DNA of 52,582 bases, taken from positions 1 to 52,582 of the IMG/VR virus record IMGVR_UViG_3300013006_001903. One strand, written 5' to 3'. The position numbers and the translations under genes are program-made. Within the stretch, counting starts at the first letter, position 1. Each line of letters starts with the position of its first letter. Source of the stretch: a virus (taxonomy: Duplodnaviria > Caudoviricetes). The notes beneath the pieces were generated by a model, which did no database searches, was not told the DNA's origin, and saw only the letters and a list, made by a program, of their open reading frames with translations. Below are positions 18,977-27,889 of this stretch, one piece after another.

Positions 18977-19037
18977 TGCGATCAGCGCCTTCGTGCCATC
19001 CTTCGTAATGATACTTATCTAATTAAAATTTTTCAAT

Positions 19038-19790
19038 TTAGTATTCGCTACCATCTCGACTGTTGTATTTTTTATCTGGATCAAAATGACCCCAGGTTTC
19101 GTATCCGGGTTCTCCCGGCACAACTCGTTTTCCTACAAACCAATTACCGATATGATTGATTATTTTACGACCACGATAGTTTCTAACATTGGCAGAAAGA
19201 CGTCCATAATGGTCCAGCAGCACCTTGCCAATCATACCTTCGTTTAGATTGAAATTGTAGTAGTCATGATAGGGTATGTGTGTTATGTCCAGTGCATATA
19301 AACTGGCCATTGGACTAAAGATTGTACTTTCTTTTCTGTATCTAAAATTTTTATAGATTAGATCGTCAGCAGCCGGTGCTGGATCAGTTTCGTGCTGATA
19401 CCATGCCTGCCTGGCCAATTGCACCTGACTGATTGTAGGATCTTTTTGTAATAGCTCTATCAGATCAGTAACCAGTACAGGTTCTAGGATTTCTACATCG
19501 TCCTCTTGGTGGAACACATAATCATAGTTTCTATCTTTGATTAGATTCCAAAATTCTGTCCAGGTAGCACTGAGGCCTAAATTTTCCCTATGAAAATGAA
19601 CTTCTTTATATCCATGCAAATTGACCAACCCGTTTAGCAGGTTATCGTTGCGTGTTTTAGGAAAGTCGTCAAAGAAAATTTTATCTACTTCACAGCCATA
19701 AAAGTTCAAATTGCTCTGTGCTCTCAGTGTAGGTATCAAATATTCTAGTCGATTGGTTGAAAATATAACTTGACAAATTCTATAGGTCAT
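19038..19790 (-). CDS. Glycosyltransferase family 2-like
   Basis: STNRLEYL, FDD, NLGL, HQEDD (DxD-like), HIG. Confidence 0.65.
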   Translation of the reverse strand: MTYRICQVIFSTNRLEYLIPTLRAQSNLNFYGCEVDKIFFDDFPKTRNDNLLNGLVNLHGYKEVHFHRENLGLSATWTEFWNLIKDRNYDYVFHQEDDVEILEPVLVTDLIELLQKDPTISQVQLARQAWYQHETDPAPAADDLIYKNFRYRKESTIFSPMASLYALDITHIPYHDYYNFNLNEGMIGKVLLDHYGRLSANVRNYRGRKIINHIGNWFVGKRVVPGEPGYETWGHFDPDKKYNSRDGSEY

Positions 19791-20338
19791 TGGTGCTGCC
19801 CAGTATTAAAGAAAAATGTTTGAAACAGTCGACCATTATCTTTATTGTCACCGAAGTAGTCTAAACTGGCATGGAACAGATCTCCACGATACAATATAAG
19901 CCTGTTATATTTGTTGCCTATACGATCAAATAAGTCCCATTTGGTATAATCATAACCTTCATGGTCTTTGGTCTGTCTACTGTGCTCTCCGGTGGCCTTG
20001 TGCCTGTAAAGGCCAGTCCCTCCTGTGTAGGGAGCATCAGGTGTTAGATAGCAAACTCCTGCCCAGGTATTGTAATGATCACTGTGAATCCAGGTTCGAT
20101 CATTAGCCGTAGCAATTTGAAATGCTCCGGTATAGCCAGTGTTTTCAAACCATTCAGTAACAGGCCCAACAGTCTGCATCCAATAGCTGATACAGTTTTT
20201 AACGTCATCTGGTAGATAAGGTTTGGTTCTTAATCCGGGAAAGTTGCCACTGACTGAAAACTCTTGTGCAAGAGCATAAGTTCGAACTGCATCGGGGTCT
20301 GTGTAAAAATCATCGATGATCATCAACTGCAGATTCAT
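19787..20338 (-). CDS. 2OG-Fe(II) oxygenase-like protein
   Basis: IIDDFY..PD, FPG.RT, WIHSD, YLTP, GGT, NRLILY..DLFH, GRLFQ. Confidence 0.7.
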   Translation of the reverse strand: MNLQLMIIDDFYTDPDAVRTYALAQEFSVSGNFPGLRTKPYLPDDVKNCISYWMQTVGPVTEWFENTGYTGAFQIATANDRTWIHSDHYNTWAGVCYLTPDAPYTGGTGLYRHKATGEHSRQTKDHEGYDYTKWDLFDRIGNKYNRLILYRGDLFHASLDYFGDNKDNGRLFQTFFFNTGQHQ

Positions 20339-21099
20339 CAGTACCTCAAGAAATTTCCATTTGATCCGTCCCATCCATAGACTATCCACGGCATTTCTAC
20401 AATATCCGACTCAAACTGACGAGTAAAATAGTACAGCAGGGTTTCTACGTCATAGCTTATACTTGAGGGGTTTGAACAAAATTCTGATATGACTCGGTAG
20501 ATGTCGATCATTTGATCATGATAGGCTTGACTCCACCCATAGAGCACACTGCAATATTGATACAGTTTATTATCACCTTGTAGCTGTCGACGATCAACCA
20601 TGGCATAAGGCCAGTTCTCGTTCCATTCAAATTTCAAAGGTGCTTTAAAAAACAGTCCTCCATGTTCCACATGATCAAAAAATTCAATGCTGAAATGGCT
20701 GTCTATCAAATATCTGCCACTGAATTTGAAAAAATAGTCATATGGTTCAAGGTCTTTGCGGAACTTGGTTAGGAATGAATAGATCAACAGTTGTTCACAA
20801 TAGCTCTTGTTGGCGTGTGTAGTTACTGTTTCGAATATTTCTGGAATCAATTCTTTGATACTGACATAGACCAAATTTTTCTGATAGGACAATAGGCTGC
20901 GATATACCGCATAGTTTTCACTGATGTCTAACAGAAACAAAGTGGTTTCACTATCACCGGCCTGATCCCAACTGGCCAAGGTGGCCACCGTTTGTCTAAA
21001 TCTTTCTTCACTGACAAAATGGCTGCGAACAGGGCTATAAGTCAATGGATGATTGTTGTTAACGTCAATGGCACTGGTAATGATGATGGCTTTTTTCAT
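20338..21099 (-). CDS. Hypothetical, glycosyltransferase-like
   Basis: IITSAI, FKFSGRY, DVE; coupled between GT genes. Confidence 0.45.
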   Translation of the reverse strand: MKKAIIITSAIDVNNNHPLTYSPVRSHFVSEERFRQTVATLASWDQAGDSETTLFLLDISENYAVYRSLLSYQKNLVYVSIKELIPEIFETVTTHANKSYCEQLLIYSFLTKFRKDLEPYDYFFKFSGRYLIDSHFSIEFFDHVEHGGLFFKAPLKFEWNENWPYAMVDRRQLQGDNKLYQYCSVLYGWSQAYHDQMIDIYRVISEFCSNPSSISYDVETLLYYFTRQFESDIVEMPWIVYGWDGSNGNFLRY

Positions 21100-22121
21100 G
21101 GTCTGTAGAAGTCTGCTGCCTTTATTTTTGTAAAGTATTCATGAAACTGATCATGCACTACCTCTTCAGAATAGTTATCCATTGCCCATTGACGGCAGTC
21201 TTCGGATTTGATTGAACTGATATTTTCTAAGGCTCTCACAAAGTCACGCATTTCTCTACAGCGAAATCCAGTAACTCCATTGACCACCGTGTCGGCAAAT
21301 CCGCCCCAATCTGTAGTAATAGCTGGAGTGCCGCTGAAATAGCCTTCAACTACCATGTTACCGAATGGTTCAACATAGTAGGTTGGTCCAATAACGGCCG
21401 TGGCATCACGCATAAGGCTACGTCTTTGATCTACGTTACAGGAACCTACGCAGGTGACATGAGAAGGTGTATTGGTATAACCTAAATCTTTGAGTTCACC
21501 CGGCCCGGCTATGATCAGACGATGTCCGCTTCGCTCTGTAGCCTGTATGGCCACATTGATGCCTTTGTTTTCGATCACTCGACCAAAGCACAAGACATAG
21601 TCTTTTTTGTCTTTGGAAAATTCAAATTCGCTGGGAGTAAATGCATTGGGGATAACAGTATCATACCAACTGGGGGTCATCAGCAGATCTTTGTGCCCGT
21701 AGTACATGTGCATTTGGGCGTAGCTGGTAAATGCTCTAAAGGGAGCAAATATGGCCTTGACATCATAGCCAATGCTAGGCTCTACAATCGATAGGTCAGA
21801 ATTGGCATAGGCCGCTTCTCGATTTTCCCAACCATGGAAGCACATGATAAAATCTTTGGGACGTTTTCTTTGTGCAATTTCTTCTCCTGCCCGTTGATTA
21901 TACAATCTAACATTGGTGTTATGATCATTGTAGATCTCAGGGAGGCAGACAACAGTTTCACAAGGAACACTGCTGCCTGCTATACCATAGTGAACGCAGT
22001 CCCATCCTAGCCGTTGCATGTTCTCTACAAATTTGATTATGGCAACAGCAAAGGCGTCTATTCGTAAATCAATATGTACCGGTTTACTAGGATTACTGAG
22101 TATGTGCAGAGTAGAAGTCAT
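21096..22121 (-). CDS. Glycosyltransferase family 4
   Basis: FGRVIENKG, EPFGNMVVEG..SGTP.I, GVTGF. Confidence 0.85.
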   Translation of the reverse strand: MTSTLHILSNPSKPVHIDLRIDAFAVAIIKFVENMQRLGWDCVHYGIAGSSVPCETVVCLPEIYNDHNTNVRLYNQRAGEEIAQRKRPKDFIMCFHGWENREAAYANSDLSIVEPSIGYDVKAIFAPFRAFTSYAQMHMYYGHKDLLMTPSWYDTVIPNAFTPSEFEFSKDKKDYVLCFGRVIENKGINVAIQATERSGHRLIIAGPGELKDLGYTNTPSHVTCVGSCNVDQRRSLMRDATAVIGPTYYVEPFGNMVVEGYFSGTPAITTDWGGFADTVVNGVTGFRCREMRDFVRALENISSIKSEDCRQWAMDNYSEEVVHDQFHEYFTKIKAADFYRP

Positions 22122-22122
22122 G

Positions 22123-22305
22123 TTAGACTGAACGCCACTCTACTCTACCATGTTGGTCAATTTTGGCAATACTGGTCATGCGTTGAATTTCAATGTAGGT
22201 CCTCTGTTCAGTCACAATAGATCCTCCTCTCTTAAGGAAATCCTTGACTGTAAGATCTGCAGTTTTATTCAATGGTTCAAATTTTTTAAATTTTACTTCT
22301 TGCAT
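22123..22305 (-). CDS. Small hypothetical protein
   Basis: 60 aa with GAGGGGAG SD; fills the gap in the operon. Confidence 0.6.
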   Translation of the reverse strand: MQEVKFKKFEPLNKTADLTVKDFLKRGGSIVTEQRTYIEIQRMTSIAKIDQHGRVEWRSV

Positions 22306-22326
22306 GACTCACTCCCCTCGATGAAG

Positions 22327-22551
22327 TTATCGTACCTTTCTTAGGTACTCGATGCCAAACTGACGTTGTTGTAGTTCTAATAGTGCAGAAACACTGGCAC
22401 TGGTATGCACTTCGTTGTGTCGGTCTCTTCGAGCAATTTCTCTGGCTCGTGCTGCGGTAGCAATGATCATTTCAAATTTGTTGCCGCCTGCATTGCGAAC
22501 ACATAGTTCTGTATCAAGACTGGGACCACGACTGAGTTTGGCTTTTTTCAC
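22327..22551 (-). CDS. rpoZ: RNA polymerase omega subunit homologue
   Basis: ELCVRNAGGNKFEMIIATAARAREI...SALLEL matches omega CR1 (N-R-F-x-L-V..AAxRARQ) and CR3. Confidence 0.75.
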   Translation of the reverse strand: MKKAKLSRGPSLDTELCVRNAGGNKFEMIIATAARAREIARRDRHNEVHTSASVSALLELQQRQFGIEYLRKVR

Positions 22552-22555
22552 TGTA

Positions 22556-22825
22556 TTATCCTGTGCGTTGAATTAGATGATAACCAAATTGGGTTTGTAC
22601 TGGATCGCTAACACTGCCGATGTTGAGAGCGTAAGTGGCCTCTTCAAATGACTTGACCATTCGTCCAGGTCCAAACTGGCCAAGACTTCCACCATTAGCC
22701 TTGCTGGGACATTGACTATGTTGCCTAGCCAATGCTGCAAAATCAGCACCTGCACGAACCTGCTCTAACAGACTTTGAGCCTGTTCTTGACTTGTTACCA
22801 AAATATGACTTGCTTCTACTAACAT
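22556..22825 (-). CDS. ppiC: Parvulin peptidyl-prolyl isomerase
   Basis: ASHILV, FAALARQHSQCPS..GGSLG.F..G.MV, VQTQFGYHLI. Confidence 0.92.
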   Translation of the reverse strand: MLVEASHILVTSQEQAQSLLEQVRAGADFAALARQHSQCPSKANGGSLGQFGPGRMVKSFEEATYALNIGSVSDPVQTQFGYHLIQRTG

Positions 22826-22842
22826 TATTTTCCTTAGTTAAA

Positions 22843-22916
22843 TGGAGCGGGGTACGAGAATCGAACTCGTGACTTCAGCTTGGAAGGCTGAGGTAATACC
22901 ATTTTACGAACCCCGC
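22843..22916 (-). tRNA. tRNA-Gly(TCC)
   Basis: Cloverleaf GCGGGGT...ACCCCGC-T-CCA; loop CT-TCC-AA. Confidence 0.92.
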
Positions 22917-22971
22917 ATTATAAAAGAACTTTGCCCTAGTAACTATGTTACCAAAGTAAAGCCGTGTTATC

Positions 22972-23045
22972 TGGTGCCCCTTGACAGAATCGAACTGCCA
23001 ATTGATGATTACAAATCAACTGTTATACCATTTAACTAAAAGGGC
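22972..23045 (-). tRNA. tRNA-Thr(TGT)
   Basis: GCCCTTT...AAGGGGC-A-CCA; loop TT-TGT-AA; one mismatch in the anticodon stem. Confidence 0.88.
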
Positions 23046-23065
23046 AAACTTTTTAAAGTGCTTTT

Positions 23066-23094
23066 ATTATATATGCTTTCCTGCTGCCTGTCAA
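23066..23094 (-). promoter_or_regulatory. Consensus sigma70 promoter for tRNA-Thr/Gly, followed by boxA-like GCACTTTAAAA (23061-23051)
   Basis: TTGACA-17-TATAAT. Confidence 0.88.
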
Positions 23095-23108
23095 GAAGTT
23101 TTTTGATA

Positions 23109-23205
23109 TTGTGTAGCCGGTAGGTTTCGAACCTACAAAGGCTATGTCTATGACTTCGCCCCGTCCTGCCTATGCAGAGGTCTCCCATATTCCGCTCACG
23201 GCTAC
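23109..23205 (-). ncRNA. tRNA-like RNA with non-canonical anticodon and variable region
   Basis: Acceptor GTAGCCG/CGGCTAC, T-arm GTAGG-TTCGAAA-CCTAC and D-loop GG present. No 7-nt anticodon loop; ends ACAA; TATAAT at 23219-23214. Confidence 0.65.
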
Positions 23206-23274
23206 ATTGTTTAATTATACACTCTTATAGATCAATAACAAGAATTATTTTAATAAACTTAGGGTTAGTTGGTG

Positions 23275-24792
23275 TTATTGATTTTTTTGTAACTTTTTTA
23301 TACTATAAGAATCAATGAACGGTTGAATTTCCTTCATTAATGGAAATGTACTAGGTTTTTTCTGAGATAAGATTAAATTCCAATCTTCTACTTTTCTTTT
23401 ATTTTTCATTTCATACCAAGACAAGCACCAAGAATCGGGCCTAAATTTAGGTACTATGGTATCCTGGATTTTGTCAGCGATTGCTTTTGCTTGAAAAATA
23501 TTCATGGTATCATGTTCCCATAACATTTCTTGTTTACCTGCCCAACCACCTTCTTTCCAATTGAAATACGCCCAAGCATTAGCAAATCTGTTTGCGTCAG
23601 CTTCTCCTAAAGAGCGTAATCCATACTTTTGAAGATTTTTACTAAATTTACTACTGTTAGTATAGTCGTCTTTATTATCAATTTCGACCACAAGGGGAAA
23701 TATAACAATTCCTTCATCCTGCCAATTTTCTGTTAACCAGCTTATAGTATCATCCCAATTTTTTTGAGTGTCAAATGGTAACCCTACTATAAGGCTGATT
23801 GTACCTCGATACGGTTGTTGCTTTGATTTAAAATAATCTTTAGTTTTTAAAATTAAATTTTTTACCTTTTCGGGATCAAGGCCCTTACCAATTATCTTCC
23901 CGCTTTGATGATTAAATGTTTCGATTCCGTAATATTGTCCTCCGAAATTCATCCTAGCTAATTCTTCTATCATGTTTGGTTGTGATAATAAATCTGCTCT
24001 AATAAATCCGCTGAAGAATGGTTTAAAATCTAAACGTTCTACAACATTTGCAAATTTGGTAATTTTTTCAATACGATCATTAAAAGTTTCGTCAGCAACA
24101 TAGTATCTGTTGATACCAAAATTATCGTAATTGTATCTCATCTCATATTCAAAATTTTCTGCTGCCCTCGATGTGTCCTCTTTTAGACCCAAAACTGGAA
24201 AGTTACAAAATGCACAGCTGAATTTACACCCTCTTGAAAATTCTACAGTTAACCATTCCCAAGGTTCTAAAAAATCTCTCTTCTCCATTATGATAGAATA
24301 ATCCCCTAAATTATATGCAGGATAAGATTCGAGGGATTTAATTACCTTTCTTTTTCCAAAATGCTTCGCTGAGAAGGTAATACCAGAGAGGTTGTTTGTT
24401 TCTAATTTTCTTACAATAGCCAACATGGCCTCTTCACCGTAACTATCCACCCAAATATCTATGTTCGTAGCAAAACTTTGCAAGACTTGTTGCCCGCCTG
24501 AAATTATTTTTATATGGGGATAATTCATTTTCAACCAAGTAGTAAATTGTGTCATTGAATCATTCCAAAAGCCAAAGAAAATGCTAAACCCAAAAAACAC
24601 AGTGGTTGATTTGACACTTTTTTTTACAAATTCTTGAAGAAAAAGTAATTTCCAATGGGCAGCAAAATCTACTACTTCTACATCTATATCTTGTTTCCTT
24701 AAAAAGGTTGCTATTCTATGAGCACCGCTGCTTCTTTCCCAAGGATTTGCCCTTAATGCAAATATTAATCCGTGGGCCACTGAACCCCCCAT
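23275..24792 (-). CDS. B12-binding radical SAM protein (start may be GTG 24780)
   Basis: SRGCKFSCAFC (CxxxCxxC), ADETFN, YGIET, IVGLP; N-terminal cobalamin-binding-like GGQ and SYGEE. Confidence 0.85.
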   Translation of the reverse strand: MGGSVAHGLIFALRANPWERSSGAHRIATFLRKQDIDVEVVDFAAHWKLLFLQEFVKKSVKSTTVFFGFSIFFGFWNDSMTQFTTWLKMNYPHIKIISGGQQVLQSFATNIDIWVDSYGEEAMLAIVRKLETNNLSGITFSAKHFGKRKVIKSLESYPAYNLGDYSIIMEKRDFLEPWEWLTVEFSRGCKFSCAFCNFPVLGLKEDTSRAAENFEYEMRYNYDNFGINRYYVADETFNDRIEKITKFANVVERLDFKPFFSGFIRADLLSQPNMIEELARMNFGGQYYGIETFNHQSGKIIGKGLDPEKVKNLILKTKDYFKSKQQPYRGTISLIVGLPFDTQKNWDDTISWLTENWQDEGIVIFPLVVEIDNKDDYTNSSKFSKNLQKYGLRSLGEADANRFANAWAYFNWKEGGWAGKQEMLWEHDTMNIFQAKAIADKIQDTIVPKFRPDSWCLSWYEMKNKRKVEDWNLILSQKKPSTFPLMKEIQPFIDSYSIKKLQKNQ

Positions 24793-25367
24793 AGCCCTAC
24801 TCTTAAGGATTCTTGGTTTTCAACTGAATGGATTTGTGAGAAATTCAACCAGTGCCAGGCATTTTCCTCTAGGCAATGATCATCGACTTCTATTAGTTTC
24901 GAATAAGGTATTGCTCGGTTAGTTTCTATTTTTAGATGTTTATGTTCATCTTTTATCTGGTACCATTTTGTACGAACATTTGACCCTCCTGATTTAAGCA
25001 GGCACTGGACTCCTGAACCTCGATGATTTGGATCATCAACATGAGGTGCCACAAAAGTACTTCCTGTTACTATTTGTATAGTATAGTAATTATAAGTTTC
25101 CAGTCCGGGAAATTTTTTATATAACTTTACAAGTTCCGAACTTAACTCGGGAGGACTAAGGTAAAAACCTACACCTCCAGTTTTTTCTATAAACAATTCT
25201 TCTGGGTCAAGGTATGAAATACTATTTTTATCTTGACTGCCGTAACTACCATGCCAGAGACTAGGTTGATCGCCATTTGCAACAGATTGTTCTGCAATTT
25301 TAATTAATTCATTTTTTAAGTCTTCTGGTACAGGCGGTATGTCATTTCGTTTTTCATAATAGATCAT
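24765..25367 (-). CDS. Fe(II)/2OG-type oxygenase-like protein
   Basis: APHVDD...WHWLNFSQIHSVEN..LRVGL. Confidence 0.55.
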   Translation of the reverse strand: MIYYEKRNDIPPVPEDLKNELIKIAEQSVANGDQPSLWHGSYGSQDKNSISYLDPEELFIEKTGGVGFYLSPPELSSELVKLYKKFPGLETYNYYTIQIVTGSTFVAPHVDDPNHRGSGVQCLLKSGGSNVRTKWYQIKDEHKHLKIETNRAIPYSKLIEVDDHCLEENAWHWLNFSQIHSVENQESLRVGLWGVQWPTD

Positions 25368-25450
25368 AAATTTTATCTCGATATTATTGGTTATTTATCT
25401 TCTAAAAAACGTCTTATTTGAACATATTTTTCGAAATCTTGCCCGCTCGG

Positions 25451-25942
25451 TTATATACAACCCATTAAATGTAATCTAGGTATGTTTGAAAAATTACAAA
25501 AACTATGCATTTTAGTAGTGTCTACGGTATATACAAGACCTAAAGGAAGATGTACAATTTTTGGAATATCTGGAAATATAAACAAACAACTTGGATTAGT
25601 GATTAACGGGATATGCACACGTTTAGATTTGTCCATGTGTATACTGTAACAAGAAAATGAATTTATCCACATTAATCTAGTTCTATATAGCTTAAATTGA
25701 TTAATTATATCTTCAAATACGGTATTTTGAAATAATGGATTGATTTCACAGTATTCCTTTTCATATCTAAATTTTTTTAATGATCCAACTGCACTAGAAG
25801 AGGGATCTTCTCCTAAGGCATATTGCAGCCCACACTGCATTCCTTTTACACTTTTTTCTGGCCAATCAATTTTTGATTCTAAATTATTATATTCATTTAG
25901 AATTTTTAAATGATTGATATTAGAAATTATTGAAACTGTCAT
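25451..25942 (-). CDS. Aspartyl/asparaginyl beta-hydroxylase-like oxygenase
   Basis: RTRLM...YSIHMD..RVHIPLITN...VDTT.MHS..N....RLHL. Confidence 0.7.
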   Translation of the reverse strand: MTVSIISNINHLKILNEYNNLESKIDWPEKSVKGMQCGLQYALGEDPSSSAVGSLKKFRYEKEYCEINPLFQNTVFEDIINQFKLYRTRLMWINSFSCYSIHMDKSKRVHIPLITNPSCLFIFPDIPKIVHLPLGLVYTVDTTKMHSFCNFSNIPRLHLMGCI

Positions 25943-25962
25943 TTAATATTATCGAACTTATC

Positions 25963-26619
25963 TTAGGATTGTTTAACTTTTTGAAAGATTGCCCATCCAA
26001 AATTATGATTTATTTCTATTAATTTATAATTATAATGAGGCACAATCAAGTCACAAACCATTTTAACTTGTTCTGTTTTTTGTTGAATAGGACTACTATT
26101 TGCATACATAGGAATACTCAATATGTCATTTCCAAAAGAAGATATACTTGTATTTACAGTCCAGTATAAATCATCAAAAATTATAACGCCGCCTTCATCT
26201 AACAAAATATCTATTAATATAAATGCAAGAGTAGTAGATTCGAATGTGTGTGCCCCATCTATATAACAAAAATCAAATCTTTGAGAGCCTAATTTAATTA
26301 ATTTTGCTAGATCCCATGTATACCCCTCTTTAGTAATTACAGGATTTATATATTCCTTTAAAGAAAACTCATCAATTAAATTATAAATTCTAGGTATTAG
26401 TTTTTCTGACCATGCCACATCAAATGTAGTTAATTTTCCAAATCCTTGTTCTTCAAGGATAGCACCCAAATAGATTGAGCTTTTTCCATGAAAATGACCT
26501 AATTCACATAAATTTTTAAATTTATTTTTGTGAATGATATCTCTCATAAACAATGCTTGTTCATGAGTCATATAACGAAGATTTGAATATTTTTTAGTTA
26601 TTTCACTTATTTTAAGCAT
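25963..26619 (-). CDS. Class I SAM-dependent methyltransferase
   Basis: ELGHFHGKS, FDFCYIDGAHT, LDEGGVIIFDD. Confidence 0.85.
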   Translation of the reverse strand: MLKISEITKKYSNLRYMTHEQALFMRDIIHKNKFKNLCELGHFHGKSSIYLGAILEEQGFGKLTTFDVAWSEKLIPRIYNLIDEFSLKEYINPVITKEGYTWDLAKLIKLGSQRFDFCYIDGAHTFESTTLAFILIDILLDEGGVIIFDDLYWTVNTSISSFGNDILSIPMYANSSPIQQKTEQVKMVCDLIVPHYNYKLIEINHNFGWAIFQKVKQS

Positions 26620-26637
26620 ACATTATTTAACTTTTAG

Positions 26638-26712
26638 AAGTACGGGTGAGATTCGAACTCACGGTTTTACGGATTTGCAATCCGACCCATTGGACCACTC
26701 TGGCACCGTACT
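26638..26712 (-). tRNA. tRNA-Cys(GCA), CCA not encoded
   Basis: AGTACGG/CCGTACT, discriminator T, loop TT-GCA-AA. Confidence 0.88.
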
Positions 26713-26733
26713 AGAAACTTTGAAAAATCAATA

Positions 26734-27219
26734 TTACTTTATATTCGCAAACTCTATCATACTTATTCTAGGATTTTCTAACCAGTGCTCAATAGAGCTA
26801 ATAACTTGTTTATATGGTATAGGTTTACGATCTATATAATTTTCTAAATAGCCCATTTTAAGCAATAGCATAGCCATTGACGTCTGGCTTCTATAATCTT
26901 TATGAGTTTTTTCTATTTGAAATTTTTCAACATAATATGGATTACCAGTTTGCCAATAATCTGCGCCCATAGAACTAGATGTTACAATCATAGTATCTTT
27001 AAATAATTTTTTAATAAAATCACACTGAGTTGTTCCAACATGTGCATTATTAAAAAATAAATCACAGGTTTTTGCTATGTCTATAATTTGTTCTAATTTT
27101 TCAGGAATACAAAATTCATTAGATCTTGATAAGCCGATTACCTCATGATTAGTTTTATCAAAATGAGTATAGATGGCTTTACCTAAGCCACTGGTATGAC
27201 CTGTTATTGCAATTTTCAT
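26734..27219 (-). CDS. Short SDR/Rossmann-fold oxidoreductase
   Basis: MKIAITGHTSGLG, FFNNA, YYVEK. Confidence 0.7.
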   Translation of the reverse strand: MKIAITGHTSGLGKAIYTHFDKTNHEVIGLSRSNEFCIPEKLEQIIDIAKTCDLFFNNAHVGTTQCDFIKKLFKDTMIVTSSSMGADYWQTGNPYYVEKFQIEKTHKDYRSQTSMAMLLLKMGYLENYIDRKPIPYKQVISSIEHWLENPRISMIEFANIK

Positions 27220-27307
27220 ATGTTTTGAACCGAATTTATTTATTAATATAAATCTACATAAAAATTTTGATGGGGTCACCTAACCTTAAATCTAAATAAA
27301 TATTGAT

Positions 27308-27871
27308 ATGCAACAATATTTTTGTCATTTTTCTAAATTAGATAACATAAAATGGACTGAATACTTTTTAAAAATATTCATACCAGAATATAAATTTTAT
27401 GATGACCTTAAAAAGTCTGCATATAATTATGTATTCTACGAAAACAAATATCAATATCCCGGAGTAACATTACTTAGCAATGAATTACAGAAAAAATATA
27501 ATTTTCCACCAATAGAATATTTTATGATATTCAAACATACTGAGAACCAACTAATCCACTCAGACGGTTTAGAAGTTCTAAGAAATGCTAGCTTTAATCT
27601 ACCTCTGATGGGCTACGAAGGTACTAGCATGAATTTTTATAAAAAGAAAGATTTAAATATTGAATACAATATAAGAAATGCCAACTATTATAATATCGAA
27701 GATTTAATTTTTATAGATGAACTTGCAGGAGGAAACGAATGGGTTCTAGTAGATACTTCGGTTCCGCATAATATAGTATCTGTAAACACTGAAGCACCCA
27801 GGATAACCGTTTGTTTTAGATTTATGGGTAATCCGACATTTAACGATCTAGTTAAAAATGCAAAATTATAA
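27308..27871 (+). CDS. Fe(II)/2OG-type oxygenase-like protein
   Basis: IHSDG...ASFNLPL...VDTSVPHNI...RITVCFR; TAAATA 5 nt upstream. Confidence 0.6.
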   Translation: MQQYFCHFSKLDNIKWTEYFLKIFIPEYKFYDDLKKSAYNYVFYENKYQYPGVTLLSNELQKKYNFPPIEYFMIFKHTENQLIHSDGLEVLRNASFNLPLMGYEGTSMNFYKKKDLNIEYNIRNANYYNIEDLIFIDELAGGNEWVLVDTSVPHNIVSVNTEAPRITVCFRFMGNPTFNDLVKNAKL

Positions 27872-27889
27872 ATGTCATTTTAAATAATA

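Noticed and set aside
18925-18999. Mini-ORF with in-frame TGA (readthrough or Sec)
   Set aside because: Better explained as a decayed duplicate gene tail; no SECIS-like evidence.
22842-23039. 65-aa ORF
   Set aside because: Antisense to tRNA-Gly and tRNA-Thr.
27265-27285. Missing 3' half of the tRNA-Gln fragment (GACCCCATCAA)
   Set aside because: Only ACCCCA matches and there is no T arm, so it is too weak.
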